Shown here: positions 1 through 12,153 of the stretch, one piece after another
Layout of the letters: each line of letters begins with the position of its first letter
How positions within the stretch are numbered: the stretch's first letter is position 1
NCBI GenBank assembly: GCA_021613535.1
Contig: CP075492.1
Coordinates: 6,634,001 to 6,698,000, forward strand
Direction of reading: 5' to 3'
From: Adineta vaga
Taxonomy: Eukaryota; Animalia; Rotifera
Length of the DNA stretch: 64,000 nucleotides
Notes under the pieces: model-generated
The model's database searches: none
Told to the model about the DNA's origin: nothing
Seen by the model: only the letters and a program-made list of their open reading frames with translations
Made by a program: the position numbers and the translations under genes

Positions 1-122
1 TTCATTGATTAATTCAATGTCCTTCTTGTAAGTAGACTCTCATCATATCTAGTTATATAAGGAGAGAATCATATTCTTCAAGGAAATGTTTTCGAAGAAT
101 TCTTCTCTTTTTAGAATCTAAA

Positions 123-3100
123 ATGGTTGCATTATCATCAAGTGAAGTGATCAATACGATATCCAAATGTGTCAATAAAGAGAATAGAATTATCATTTGT
201 TTCGATCCTGAAAATGATTTTCCTTCTGAAAAAGAAGATTTCAAGACTCGTCTTGATCAGATAAATGAATTCATTGTATTTCATAAAGACTTAGAATCTT
301 GCTTGAAATTTATTCAATCCATTGAAAATGAACAAATTTTTCTCGTTACATCTGGTTCAGATGTTTCTCAAATGGTTAACTGCGATCAAATTGATTCTAT
401 ATTTATTTATTCTATAAGACAAGAGCAATATAAACATTTTCTTGTTCAATATCCACAAATTATTGGTATTTATGATGATATTGATCTTTTATGTTCAGCA
501 ATTCGAGAAGAAATCAATCGCATGGATGAAAAATTACAAACATGGTGTTTCTGGAATGAAGATGAACATCTTCAACACGATTTATCTAAACAAGCTAATC
601 CATTTCTATGGCTTCAACTTCTTCATGATGTTATTTTACATTTACCACATGATCATCAATCGAAACAACAATTGTTTGATACTTGTCGAACTTATTATCG
701 TAATAATTCCAAAGAACTTCTCATGATTGATGAATTTGAACGTAAATATCAATCGAAAGATGCTCTGCATTGGTATTGGAATAATTCTTTTCTTAAAAAA
801 ATCATTACAAAATCATTACAAACAGAAAATTCTCTTCAACTCTATGCCTTACGATATTTCTTATATGACCTTGTCAATTCTTTCAATAATGAACATCATA
901 ATTTGATTCAATTGAAGAAAGAAAAATTCATTGTTTATCAAGAAATGAGTCTATCAAATAAAGAATTGAATAGATTAAAAGATAAACAAGGTGCATTGGT
1001 TTCGATGAAAACATTTTTCAATGCAAAAACTGTTTACTCATCGAATACAATAACACCATCGATTGGTATGAAACTTCTTCGTCTTCAAATCGAATGTAAT
1101 CTTGAAGAAAAACTTTCTTTTGCTGAAATTCCTCATATCAATGAAATTCTCTTCAATCTCAATAGTACATTTCGTATTGATAATCTCGAAGAAATTAATG
1201 AACAAACTTGGCTTTTAAAAATGACTACAGTTAATGATGGACAAATGATCAAACAAAAATATATCGATGATACTCTTCGTCAAATTGAAAATCTATCAAT
1301 TTCAATTCTATTCGGTAAACTTTTATGTGATATGAGTCAATGGAAACAATCTCAAACCTATTTCGAATATATACGTAATGATTTACCAAATGAAGATCTT
1401 GCCTGTATTGATTACGATGTTGGTCATGCACTTCATTGGCAAGGTAAATGGATCGAAGCAGAAAAGTATTATCAACGTGCATACGATCGATTGATTCAAT
1501 CAGAACCAAGTCGAATCAAAGAATCTTCACATATACTTTCAAATATCAGTGAATTACAAGAATTGCAAGGTAAATATGATCAAGCATATGATATACAACA
1601 ACAAGCATTTACTATTCGAAAGAATTATTATCCATCAGATCATATACATATTGCATCGAGTTTAGATAATATTGGTCTTATTTATTATCAACAATTGAAA
1701 AATGATGAAGCACTTCTTTTCCTTCGACAAGCATTAACAATTCGTCAAAAATATTATCATCATCAACATGTGGAAATAGCAAATAGTTTGAAAAATATTG
1801 CCTGTGTTTTAACGGATCAACGACAACATGAACAAGCATTAGAATACTATCAACAAGCAATGACTATTTATAAAAACTATTATCCCAATGATCATGTTTA
1901 TATTGCACATATAATGAATAATATTGGATTGATTTTTTTTCGACAGGAGAAATATGATGAAGCAATTGATAATGTACAAAAAGCTCTGAATATTCAAAGA
2001 AAATTCTATTCCAATGGTCACATTGAAATTGCAACTAGTCTATGTAATATTGGAAATATTACATATGGACAAGGTAAATATGATGAATCAATTGAATATC
2101 ATCAACAAGTTTTAAAAATGCAAGAAAAATTTTATTCATCCAATCATATGGATATTATTTGTACATATAATAATATTGGCTATATTTTATTATGTGGCAA
2201 AGGCAATTATGATCAAGCACTTGATTATTATTATCGTGCTGTGAAAATGTTAGAAACAGATTATCCTAAATATTATGCTCATATTGCCAATAGTTATAAT
2301 TACATTGGAAATATTTTAAATGAACAAGGAAAATATATAGAAGCATTGGATTATTATCAACGGGCATTAATTAAACAAAAAGATTATTATTCATCGGATC
2401 ATGTTGATATGGCTTCGACTTTAAGTAATATTTCGAATATATTAAGTAAACAAGGTAAATATGATGAAGCATTGATCTATAGTCAACAGGCATTAGAAAT
2501 TCAACAAAATTATTATCCATCTGGTCATGTAGAAATAGCGAATACATATAATTTAATTGGAAATGTTCAATGTTGTCAAGGAAAATTTGATGAAGGAATT
2601 GAAAAATATCATCTTGCATTGAGTATTCAAGAAAAAACCTATCCATTAGGACATTCGGATACTGTTATAACTCTGACGAATATTGGTCATATACTTAAAG
2701 ATGAACGAAAGTATGATGATGCACTTTTATATTATCAACGAGCATTAATAATGTTAGAAAATTTCTATACATCTGATCATTTGAAAATAGCTGCTGCATT
2801 AGCCCATATTGGTCGAGTTTATTATAGTCAAGGTAAATACGATGAAGCACTTGATAATCAACAACGTACGTTCGCAATAAAAGAAAAATACTATCCACCT
2901 GATCATATTCAATTTGCTGCTGAATTAGCTCGAATTGGTGATATATTTGAAAAACAAGAGAATTATACTGAAGCTTTAGAAGTTCAAAAACGTGCATTAG
3001 CTATTCAAGAAAAAACTTATCCATCAGATAATATTAATATTGCTCATAGTCTTGGTCGAATTGGTATTGTTCTTAGTAATCAAGGTCGATATCAACAAGC

Positions 3101-5258
3101 ATTAGAATATCATCAACGTGCAATGAAAATCTATGAAAATTGTTATTCACCAGAACATATTGAACTTGCAACATGTTTAAATAATACGGGAAGTGTTCTA
3201 TATCATTTAGGAAAATATGAGGAAGCTTATCAATTGCATGAACAAGCATTGAAACTTTATCAAAAACGTTATTTAACTGATCATATCGATATGACAAATA
3301 CACTTGAACATATCGGAAATATTTTATACGATGAAAAAAAGTATGATAATGCACTTGAATATTATCATCGTGCATTGATAATTAAAGAAAAATTTTATTC
3401 ATCTGATCATACATATATTGCAACTAGTTTAAGTAATATTGGCAATGTTTTATACAATCAAGAGAAATACGATCAAGCATTTGATTATCAACAACGTGCA
3501 TTGAAAATTTTAGAAAAACATTCCACATCTGATTATATGAAAATTGGAAATAATCTTAATGATATTGGAAATATTCGAAATAGTCAAGGAAAATATGATG
3601 AAGCAGTTGATTATTATCAACGTGCATTGGTATGTTATGATAAATATTCTTTAATTCGACATGCAGATATTGCGACGACATTGAGTAATCTTAGTAATAC
3701 TTTATATAAACAAGAGAAATATGATGATGCATTTGAATATCAACGACGTGCATCAGAAATTCGAGAAATTTATTGTCCAACAGCATATATATCGAGTGCG
3801 AATAGTTTTAATCATATGGGTAATATACGTGCTGCTCAAGGTAAACATGATGAAGCTATTATTCTCTATCAACAAGCATTAGCCGTACATGAAAATAATT
3901 CCACAGGACGATACGCTGATATGGCGATTATTTTTACGAATATCAGTCGTAGTTTAACTGATCAAAGTAAATTTGATCAAGCATTTGAATATCAACAATG
4001 TGCACTTGAAATGCGTGAACGTCATTATCCATCTGCTCAAATGAATATTGCTAATTATCTTATTGATATGGGAAATATTCGTAGTGATCAAGGTAAACAT
4101 CAAGATGCATTGAATTTATACAAACGAGCATTAGAAATAGCAGAAAACTGTTGTTCATTATCTGATGCATTTATTGCAACAAATCTTAGTAATATCGGTA
4201 AAGCTTTGTATCAATTAGGACAAGATGATGAAGCACTTGAATATCAACAGCGTGCATTAGAAATTCGTGAAACTTATCATTCAATGAATTCTGCAAGTAT
4301 AGCAAATAGTTTAAATGATATTGGAAATATTCGTAATAGTCAAAATAAATATGAAGATGCTATTACTTATTATCAACGTGCTTTATTGTTTTATGAAAAA
4401 CATAGTGCAATTCATCAGATTGATATTGCTACAACAATGAGTAATATCAGTGATACATTATTTAAACAAGAAAAATATGATGAAGCATTTGATTATCAAC
4501 AACGAGCTTTAGATATTCGAGAAGATCATTGTTCAGCAAATTCAATAAATCTTATCAAAGATTTAAATCGTATGGGTCAGATTCGTAATACACAGGGTAA
4601 ATATTCAGATGCAGTTGAATGTTATCAACGATCATTGGCAATGTATGAGAAATATTATCCAGTACGTTATACTGAAATATCGATTATTCTCAGTTTAATT
4701 GGTAGTAATTTAAGTCATCAAGGAAAATATGATGAATCATTAACCTATTATAAACGAGCATTAGAAATTCAAGAAGAATTCTATCCATCTGATCATATAC
4801 AAATAGCTCTGTTTTTACAATGGATTGGATTTATTTATTGTACAAAATTAGATTTTGATCATGCTATTGAATTTTATGAAAAATGTCTTTGGATTCGACA
4901 AGTTAATTTACCATCTGAACATCTATCGATTGCTGAAACATTTTCATTATTAAGTAAAGTACGATTAACTCGTGGTCAATATGAATTATCCATTATAAAT
5001 GAATTAGCAGCTTTAGCAATACGTGAAAAAGTTTTCGTACCAGATCATGAAGATATTGGTAAAAGTCTCTCTCGTATAGGTGATTGTTATAATTATTTAA
5101 TTAAACTTGATCTTGCACTAGAATATTATAAACGAGCATTGAACTTCTATGAACAATGTTTACCTATTTGGCATCCGGATCGATGGAATTTAGAATGGAT
5201 GATTGAACAAATCGCCGAAGAAATTCAAGAGAATCAACTTCATGAAATTAATATCTGA
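123..5258 (+). CDS. Large TPR protein (1711 aa): N-terminal alpha/beta domain, degenerate ADP-ribosyltransferase-like domain, ~30 42-aa TPRs
   Basis: Single 5.1-kb intronless ORF. 42-aa periodic motif (IAxSLxNIGxxxxxQGKYDEALxYYQRALxI) runs from ~aa 430 to the end. aa ~215-370 resemble the R-S-E ART fold (WYWNNSFL..VYQE..GALVSMKTFF..EILF..FRI). Probable 5'-UTR intron upstream (gtaagt at ~28, ttttag ending ~114). Confidence 0.9.
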   Translation: MVALSSSEVINTISKCVNKENRIIICFDPENDFPSEKEDFKTRLDQINEFIVFHKDLESCLKFIQSIENEQIFLVTSGSDVSQMVNCDQIDSIFIYSIRQEQYKHFLVQYPQIIGIYDDIDLLCSAIREEINRMDEKLQTWCFWNEDEHLQHDLSKQANPFLWLQLLHDVILHLPHDHQSKQQLFDTCRTYYRNNSKELLMIDEFERKYQSKDALHWYWNNSFLKKIITKSLQTENSLQLYALRYFLYDLVNSFNNEHHNLIQLKKEKFIVYQEMSLSNKELNRLKDKQGALVSMKTFFNAKTVYSSNTITPSIGMKLLRLQIECNLEEKLSFAEIPHINEILFNLNSTFRIDNLEEINEQTWLLKMTTVNDGQMIKQKYIDDTLRQIENLSISILFGKLLCDMSQWKQSQTYFEYIRNDLPNEDLACIDYDVGHALHWQGKWIEAEKYYQRAYDRLIQSEPSRIKESSHILSNISELQELQGKYDQAYDIQQQAFTIRKNYYPSDHIHIASSLDNIGLIYYQQLKNDEALLFLRQALTIRQKYYHHQHVEIANSLKNIACVLTDQRQHEQALEYYQQAMTIYKNYYPNDHVYIAHIMNNIGLIFFRQEKYDEAIDNVQKALNIQRKFYSNGHIEIATSLCNIGNITYGQGKYDESIEYHQQVLKMQEKFYSSNHMDIICTYNNIGYILLCGKGNYDQALDYYYRAVKMLETDYPKYYAHIANSYNYIGNILNEQGKYIEALDYYQRALIKQKDYYSSDHVDMASTLSNISNILSKQGKYDEALIYSQQALEIQQNYYPSGHVEIANTYNLIGNVQCCQGKFDEGIEKYHLALSIQEKTYPLGHSDTVITLTNIGHILKDERKYDDALLYYQRALIMLENFYTSDHLKIAAALAHIGRVYYSQGKYDEALDNQQRTFAIKEKYYPPDHIQFAAELARIGDIFEKQENYTEALEVQKRALAIQEKTYPSDNINIAHSLGRIGIVLSNQGRYQQALEYHQRAMKIYENCYSPEHIELATCLNNTGSVLYHLGKYEEAYQLHEQALKLYQKRYLTDHIDMTNTLEHIGNILYDEKKYDNALEYYHRALIIKEKFYSSDHTYIATSLSNIGNVLYNQEKYDQAFDYQQRALKILEKHSTSDYMKIGNNLNDIGNIRNSQGKYDEAVDYYQRALVCYDKYSLIRHADIATTLSNLSNTLYKQEKYDDAFEYQRRASEIREIYCPTAYISSANSFNHMGNIRAAQGKHDEAIILYQQALAVHENNSTGRYADMAIIFTNISRSLTDQSKFDQAFEYQQCALEMRERHYPSAQMNIANYLIDMGNIRSDQGKHQDALNLYKRALEIAENCCSLSDAFIATNLSNIGKALYQLGQDDEALEYQQRALEIRETYHSMNSASIANSLNDIGNIRNSQNKYEDAITYYQRALLFYEKHSAIHQIDIATTMSNISDTLFKQEKYDEAFDYQQRALDIREDHCSANSINLIKDLNRMGQIRNTQGKYSDAVECYQRSLAMYEKYYPVRYTEISIILSLIGSNLSHQGKYDESLTYYKRALEIQEEFYPSDHIQIALFLQWIGFIYCTKLDFDHAIEFYEKCLWIRQVNLPSEHLSIAETFSLLSKVRLTRGQYELSIINELAALAIREKVFVPDHEDIGKSLSRIGDCYNYLIKLDLALEYYKRALNFYEQCLPIWHPDRWNLEWMIEQIAEEIQENQLHEINI

Positions 5259-5842
5259 TTCTGATCATCATCATCATCATCATCGAATAAATACTTCGAT
5301 TACTGGAAGACAAACATGTATATACGTGTATAAACATTGCATTTCTTTTTGCGAAGATATATTTTACAATTTTGATTTCATTCAATAGATTTGTTGTTAT
5401 TATTTAACGTATTGTATAAGTTAACAGAACAACGACTAAGTAAAATTGTTCACTACTCTTAGTATCAGTTAGTTAGAATGTGATATCCGGAAGTGATTTA
5501 ATCAACCTTTGCATTTGTTAATAAAGCAAATTTGATGATTATAATACGAGAATTTCTAAGTTAAAACTAAGTATTTCAATCGATATGATGTGTTTTTTTC
5601 CCACAAAAAACATCGAAGAATCAGTGAAGCAAAAAACTGGAAGTTACGTATGAAGAAAAATCAGTCTTTACTCGTTCTTCTACTTGATTATATGACGAAA
5701 ATGCGATTGCATTTGATTGATGAAACTATGTTTTGATTCATTCTTTTCGTCACTCTCGACAGAAGACAAGTGTGTCTTTTACTAAGTAATCAGAAGAAAA
5801 ATCAAGCAGACTATACGAAGGTCAAAAAAAGAAATCTGATCA

Positions 5843-6914
5843 ATGACTGTTTTTGAAAATCTGTCCGATGAAATTATTATTTCAATCATTGAATATTTAA
5901 CCTTAGAAGAGTTTACATCAACATTTGGTCAATTAAATACACGTCTTTCATGTATTATTTATGATCATCCATGGACAGACCATCGATTAAACATCCGATC
6001 AATGAATGATGTTTCTACACGAGAAAAAATTGATTTTATTGAAAAAATGAAATTAATACCACGAATTTCTTCGATCAGTATTCATCCATTTGGTATTTAT
6101 CGAAATATTCAAATATTTCAAGAAACAAAATCATTAGAAACATTTCAAAATTTAAAAGCTCTATCTTTGAATCATATTACATTAGATGAAGTAAGTTTCA
6201 TTTCGAATCGATCAACATTTAATATATTTTATGTTTCAGGCTGAATTACTCTTTACATCTGAATGTCTTTCCAATCTTCATCAACTTAGTCGTCTTCGTT
6301 TGATATTTTCATTGGGAATTGAACAAAATGATTATTGTCTTCGAATGGAAAAATTGATCGGACTAATTCTTATTCATCCATCTCTTCGACATTGTACGCT
6401 TCAAGTAGCTCGACCTCCTGATTTCTCACAAATACAATCACCATCATCTTTAGAATATTTCGATATTACTTATTGTAGTTTTCAAAGTTTATATACACTT
6501 TTCGAATTCACTCCACATCTTCGACATTTAACTGCAACAATACTTATTCATAGTGAAATCAATCCTGAACAGAATTCAATCTTTCCTTTATTGACTTCTT
6601 TGAAATTAACTTTAAGTATTCCAGCTTATGATCAATTGAAAAACTTTTTAGAAAAATGTTCAAGATTACAAACATTTCATCTTGTAACATATGCAGAAAT
6701 CGAACCATTAACTGTGACGGAAACTTGGCATAAATTTATAACTGAACATCTATCTGTATTAACAAAATTCAAACGAGAATCAAGTGTCAAACAGGAAAAT
6801 ATTGCTGAATATATTCAATTATATCATTGGCCAAATGGATGGAAATCAAAAGAGAAATGTGTTCCTCATGGATCGAATTATTCTCGAATGACACTCGTTA
6901 ATGTTCGATATTGA
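5843..6914 (+). CDS. F-box/LRR-like protein (exons 5843-6190, 6240-6914)
   Basis: N-terminal F-box-like motif (FENLSDEIIISIIEYL) followed by LxxLxL repeats. A 49-nt GT-AG intron (6191-6239) joins two track ORFs in frame. Confidence 0.8.
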
Positions 6915-9482
6915 ACAAACATATAATGATTGACTAATTAAAAAAAAGAAAGTTGATATATTCATGAATTTTCAAGATTTTGTACTTTTTACGGACAATT
7001 CAAGCATCAGTGATTTTTCAAGAGTAGTCTAATTCTATCATTTATGAGTCTTTCATATTCAGACAGAATGATTATTTCAATATTGAAAAGGACAAAAGTT
7101 AAATTTTCATTGAGATAGAAACATTCGATTTATTTTTACCATGATCTAGATAGCAATTGACTCAATGTTTCCTTGAATTTGTACGAAATTACCTCATTTT
7201 TCAACGGTAATGTTTCTTTCAATTAAGAAAATCATTTAATAGAATTTATTATAAACAAACAATTTGAAACAAATTATTCATTATTCGACCGATTGAATGC
7301 TCAAAAACTTGAGTGAATTGTTATATTGTAATTGTACTATCGTGCAAGAGAATGAAGGTAACTTTTTTCCCTTGATAACAGATGCAAGAAGAGCAGTCAA
7401 CCTAACAAAAGAATCGTTCATCCATGCAAACGGACAGAAACAAAACATACAGCTGAAACATGAAAAGGTTAGTCGTTAACAATTAATCAGACCGGAAGCA
7501 ACCATTTCTCTTTACAATTGTGAATTTCTATATTCAAAATATAAGTATATTTTTTTCTGACTTCGACATCGACAAAGATCGATCAGTCTATTCAAACTAG
7601 ACATGTTCAAATCATTCCACGAAATAGCCATGTCTTACCTGTTCTCTTCAAACTATATTATCATTAATAAAATAGTATCATATGCTCATTTTCGAAGGTT
7701 GTCTCATTGTATTTTATTAGCTATACAATACTAACATAAATGTTCATTCACAGATGACGTAATCATACCACCTATTGATCAAATCTTATACTTATATGCC
7801 AATGAGTCAAATAATTCGAAAAAATCTTAAATACATAGTCATTTACAATCATTTTTTCTCAAGTGTTTGTACACACACACACATGTATAACTCCTTTAAA
7901 TGTATTCATGTTTCAAAATCATTGGTAATTGTCAATACGAAATCAGCTGATCTCAATCAGTTAACATTCAAGTTTAGATTCAAAGAATGATTTTTTCATC
8001 TTGCTGAATAGTATGTTTGAATTCTATTTACACTGAACGTTTTTATTTCCTATAAAATAAATTTCTAATTTGAAAATATTTTGTTCAATCAAGGTTTTCT
8101 AGTTCGATCAATGTGATTAAATTAGTCATTTATTTTTCAACTGTACATATATATTCGTTCTGTTGATTTTAACCTTCATTGTTGCCTTGTATACGCATCT
8201 ATGCTTCTATAGTGAACATCAGTATCTATAAGTACCGTCTTTTCATTGCACAAATCAAGTTACATTAATCAATCAGATATATCTCTTTCTATACGGCAAT
8301 GTATTTTAAATTGATTCATATCACCTCACTCTCATTCAATGTATATACATACAAGTATTTACCTTCAACCTTCTTTTCAAATCAAATATCTATTTCATAT
8401 TGGATAGAATAGAAAAGAGAAAAAACGAGCCTAGTAATAAAAAAAGGGAGGGGGGAAGAAGAAAAATCTGGGCAACTGAATAACCTGCAATGAAAGAATA
8501 GACATCGTTGAATGTCCCAGGTATCGAATTAGTTTGATGATGTATACCATCTTTGTCTCCTATTACTATTCTTTCGAACGAACATCTCAATACAATAGAA
8601 CAAAGATGATAAACATTATCGGTAACATATAGAGTAAGTAAGAAAAAGAAAACCGAAGTGTCAATTGTCACCTACATATCAACATGTTATGTAATATTAA
8701 GTGAGAAACAACTCGAACTGCAGTCTCCATTTCATCATTGTTTGAATGTGATTTAAATCTTCATCAATTCTACTTGCCATGTTTTTTTTTTCTTTAGAAA
8801 AGAAAATGAACGAACTGTTTGTCAGTCATAAATCGATTTCAATGCACACATATTCTATAGAAATCACTTGTATATAAAAGAGCAAGCTTGAGAAGGTGTA
8901 TACTTATATAATAGATGCTTCCTTTTTCCCTTTTTATGTTTCTCATAATTCTTAGAATCTTTAAACTTTCATTTTTATAACGAGAAGAATAACGATAACT
9001 ATTTCTTGTTATTTAATATTCGTGAAACATATTACAACATTGATCAATTGCCCGCCTGTGAATAGATGGTTAAGTATTGACAAATGAAAATTAAGATATG
9101 ATCCAGTTAGTTTTTGAATAATAAGTATGTACCTGATAAATATGGTGACCCGTCTAAGTGAACGCATTTGAAAATTGAAGTCTAGAACAATGTTCTCATC
9201 CGTCCTTCGTTTCTGTCTAGATGAAACAAGAGAGAAAAAAAAAGTAATTTTACGCTAAAATAGACACTTCAATCATACAAGTCGCACTAATAGGTCAGAC
9301 AGTTACGTATTACCGTAAGATAATAGAATATCAAGAACAAGTCTCGTAATGCTTCATTTGTTTCGGACTAAATATTCATTAAAGATAATCTAACTGAAGA
9401 TTCTTTTTTTCTTCTGTATGAAAAAATATTACAAAAGAAACACTTCCTTTTAGGTATTACTTGATTGAACGAATTACCAAAA

Positions 9483-12121
9483 ATGAGATTTCCTGAAACT
9501 ATTACAGACGATTCGAATTTATTTATTGATGAACGTATACCAACCAATCATCATACCTCCCGACCGGAAGAAATCTCATGTTCAATCGATAGGAAACCAT
9601 CACCAGCGTCGGAATATTTCTATACAGAAATTGTCAAAGCTATTGGAAATAATGAATTTATTAAGGAAAAAAGTTTCCTTAAACGTGTTAGTTGGAGTCC
9701 TCTTGGTCAATATGAATCTGGTTTACCACCAACTGGTAAACGATCTGATGGACTTTATGCAACATTAAATAAAACATCAAACCGCATACGTTTGAGACCA
9801 CATGTTGCAACAAGACCATCTCAACCACAACAGAACACTCTTGTTCGACCTGTTTCATTCAATGAAAACTATGATCGAACTTTGCTTGATCAGTTCTCAA
9901 ACCAATCATTGGTAAGTGTTTGTTCTTAAAGATGTTCCAGAACTCAAATCAATATTTCATGTTAACATAACTAATCAATATATCTGTTCAATGTTTATCT
10001 TATTACATAATAAGAATGATTTTTCTTTTGTATAGAATTCAAATGGTATTTTCTCAAGACCACATTGTATATCATCGCCAACGCCATCATTATCTCCAAT
10101 CGATGCAGCTTTACAAATCGCAGCATGTACTTCACCATCATTTGATAATAGTGATTTTATTAGTGATACATCGTCTGTATCCTCAATGACAACATCAACA
10201 AATACGACAACATCTTTACCATCAGCAGTATATTCTCGACGAAAAAATTCTAATTTTGATCGAGTCTATATAACACAACCATTAGTAATTGAATATCAAC
10301 AAAACCATCTAAAACATAGTGATCACAAACTTTTAACACCAATCTCTAAGACAAACAATACAACTTTATCGTCTCCAATTTCCTCTTCTTATCGATCATC
10401 AGCAACATCTTCTTCTTTATCCTCCTCCCCCATCTCATTCACTTGTCCAAAAGGTCATGAAGAGTCGTCGTCGTCGTCTCCCATAGGGTCATCTTTGAAT
10501 CAACATCCAAAGTTTACTACACAAACATCAATTATTGATTCGTCTCGAGAGGATATTGGTCATCGAACGACAACAACACGTAGTATGATGACTATGTCAA
10601 TTTCTCCTAATCGTCAACATCATCAACAAACCTATTCAACGAATCCTATCAACACATCTAATCGTTCAATGACAAATACTAACGATGGATTAAAGCAACA
10701 ATGCGATCAAATCGATTCGTAAGTGAAAATCACTTTTCAATCAATTTCAATCGATTTTCTTTTCTTCTAGAACATTGCATACGAATAGTTGTTTAAAATC
10801 ACAAAAAATAAATTCAAATCGAACAAAAAAATCTGTACGTTTTGATCGGCATTTGCCTACAGAATACCGTTCACCATTACCGTCGACACGTACTCATTAT
10901 CAACTACCGGTCACACTTACATCTTCATGCATATGCAATCGTACAAGTGATAATGAAGAACAAAAGAAAAAACCTCATAGTGAGACACTCGAAGAGAAAG
11001 AAAAAAATGAAATGACAAGAAGGACAATCATCGCCAATCCAACTCCCTTGACCACACATACAGTTCATCGTTCTTTTTCTCTTTCGCCATCACCCCCATC
11101 GAAAAAAGAGAATAACGTTAGTCGTACATCTAGACAGGAGAAAAGAGAAAATGTCGATGAACTAAATTGTATGACTCCTAGTCGACAAGTAACAACTGCT
11201 GCTACTACAACTCACCTTTATTGCACACCACACACGACGATAATCACTTACAAAGATGGCAACTATGATACTTCTTCAACAAAAGAACTAAATGGCACGA
11301 CCAATTTTCCTACAAGTATGACTCTGACCTCTCGTGTCTTCTTCTTCTTTTTTCTTCTTCTTCTTCTTTTTGTCTTAATACATTAAAACTGTCTAGGTGA
11401 AAGTTTAACACATTCAATTCCAGAAAAACAGATGCCTTCTACTAATTCATCGATGAAAACACCGATGTTTCATCATCAACAGCAAGCAACTACAAAAAAA
11501 TTTATTGGTACTGGAGGATTTTTTAGTTTTATTCATCGATCAAATAGTAATCAGAATAAATCATCATTGTCCGACGATAATAATAAACAATTAAAACGTA
11601 CAACATCTATTCAACGACGACCAAAACAGTATATATCCAATGAAAATAAACGTCTTAGTGCTGATATTGAACCCCTTCATACTTCTTCTATATCGTTAAG
11701 CAATGCATGGAAAGAAGATATCAATAAGGTTGTAATAAATGGTCAAAAAGAAAGACAATCAACAAAAAATATAAATGTCAATAAGAATATTTCATCTAAT
11801 ATTGGTAAGTAAAATACAAGAAGGTCAACGAGAGAGTTTTGTTTCTCTGATGACATGTTCATAAGTAGGTGCAGAGAGAATAATTGAAGGTTGTTTTTCT
11901 TTTCTATGTAGATTCATCTATTCCATCATCTTCATCCCATTCTAATATTCATGTGAATAGAAGTTCGATATCAATGTTAACGAAACCAACAACGACAATT
12001 ATTAAATCCAGCGAAGGAGATTCATTGAATAATGGTCTCTTATTTCAACCTAGTGAATCAGGAAAAAGAGATTCTCTCTTTCTTTCTCCTTCAAGTTCAT
12101 TTTCTCATACTAATGAATCGA

Positions 12122-12153
<32 letters not shown>

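Noticed and set aside
442-3375. Short alternative-frame and antisense ORFs within the TPR gene
   Set aside because: Shadows of the codon pattern of the long ORF; no independent motifs.
1400-5200. Regularly spaced DNA repeats as a CRISPR-like array
   Set aside because: They are degenerate 126-bp coding TPR units in a eukaryotic gene.
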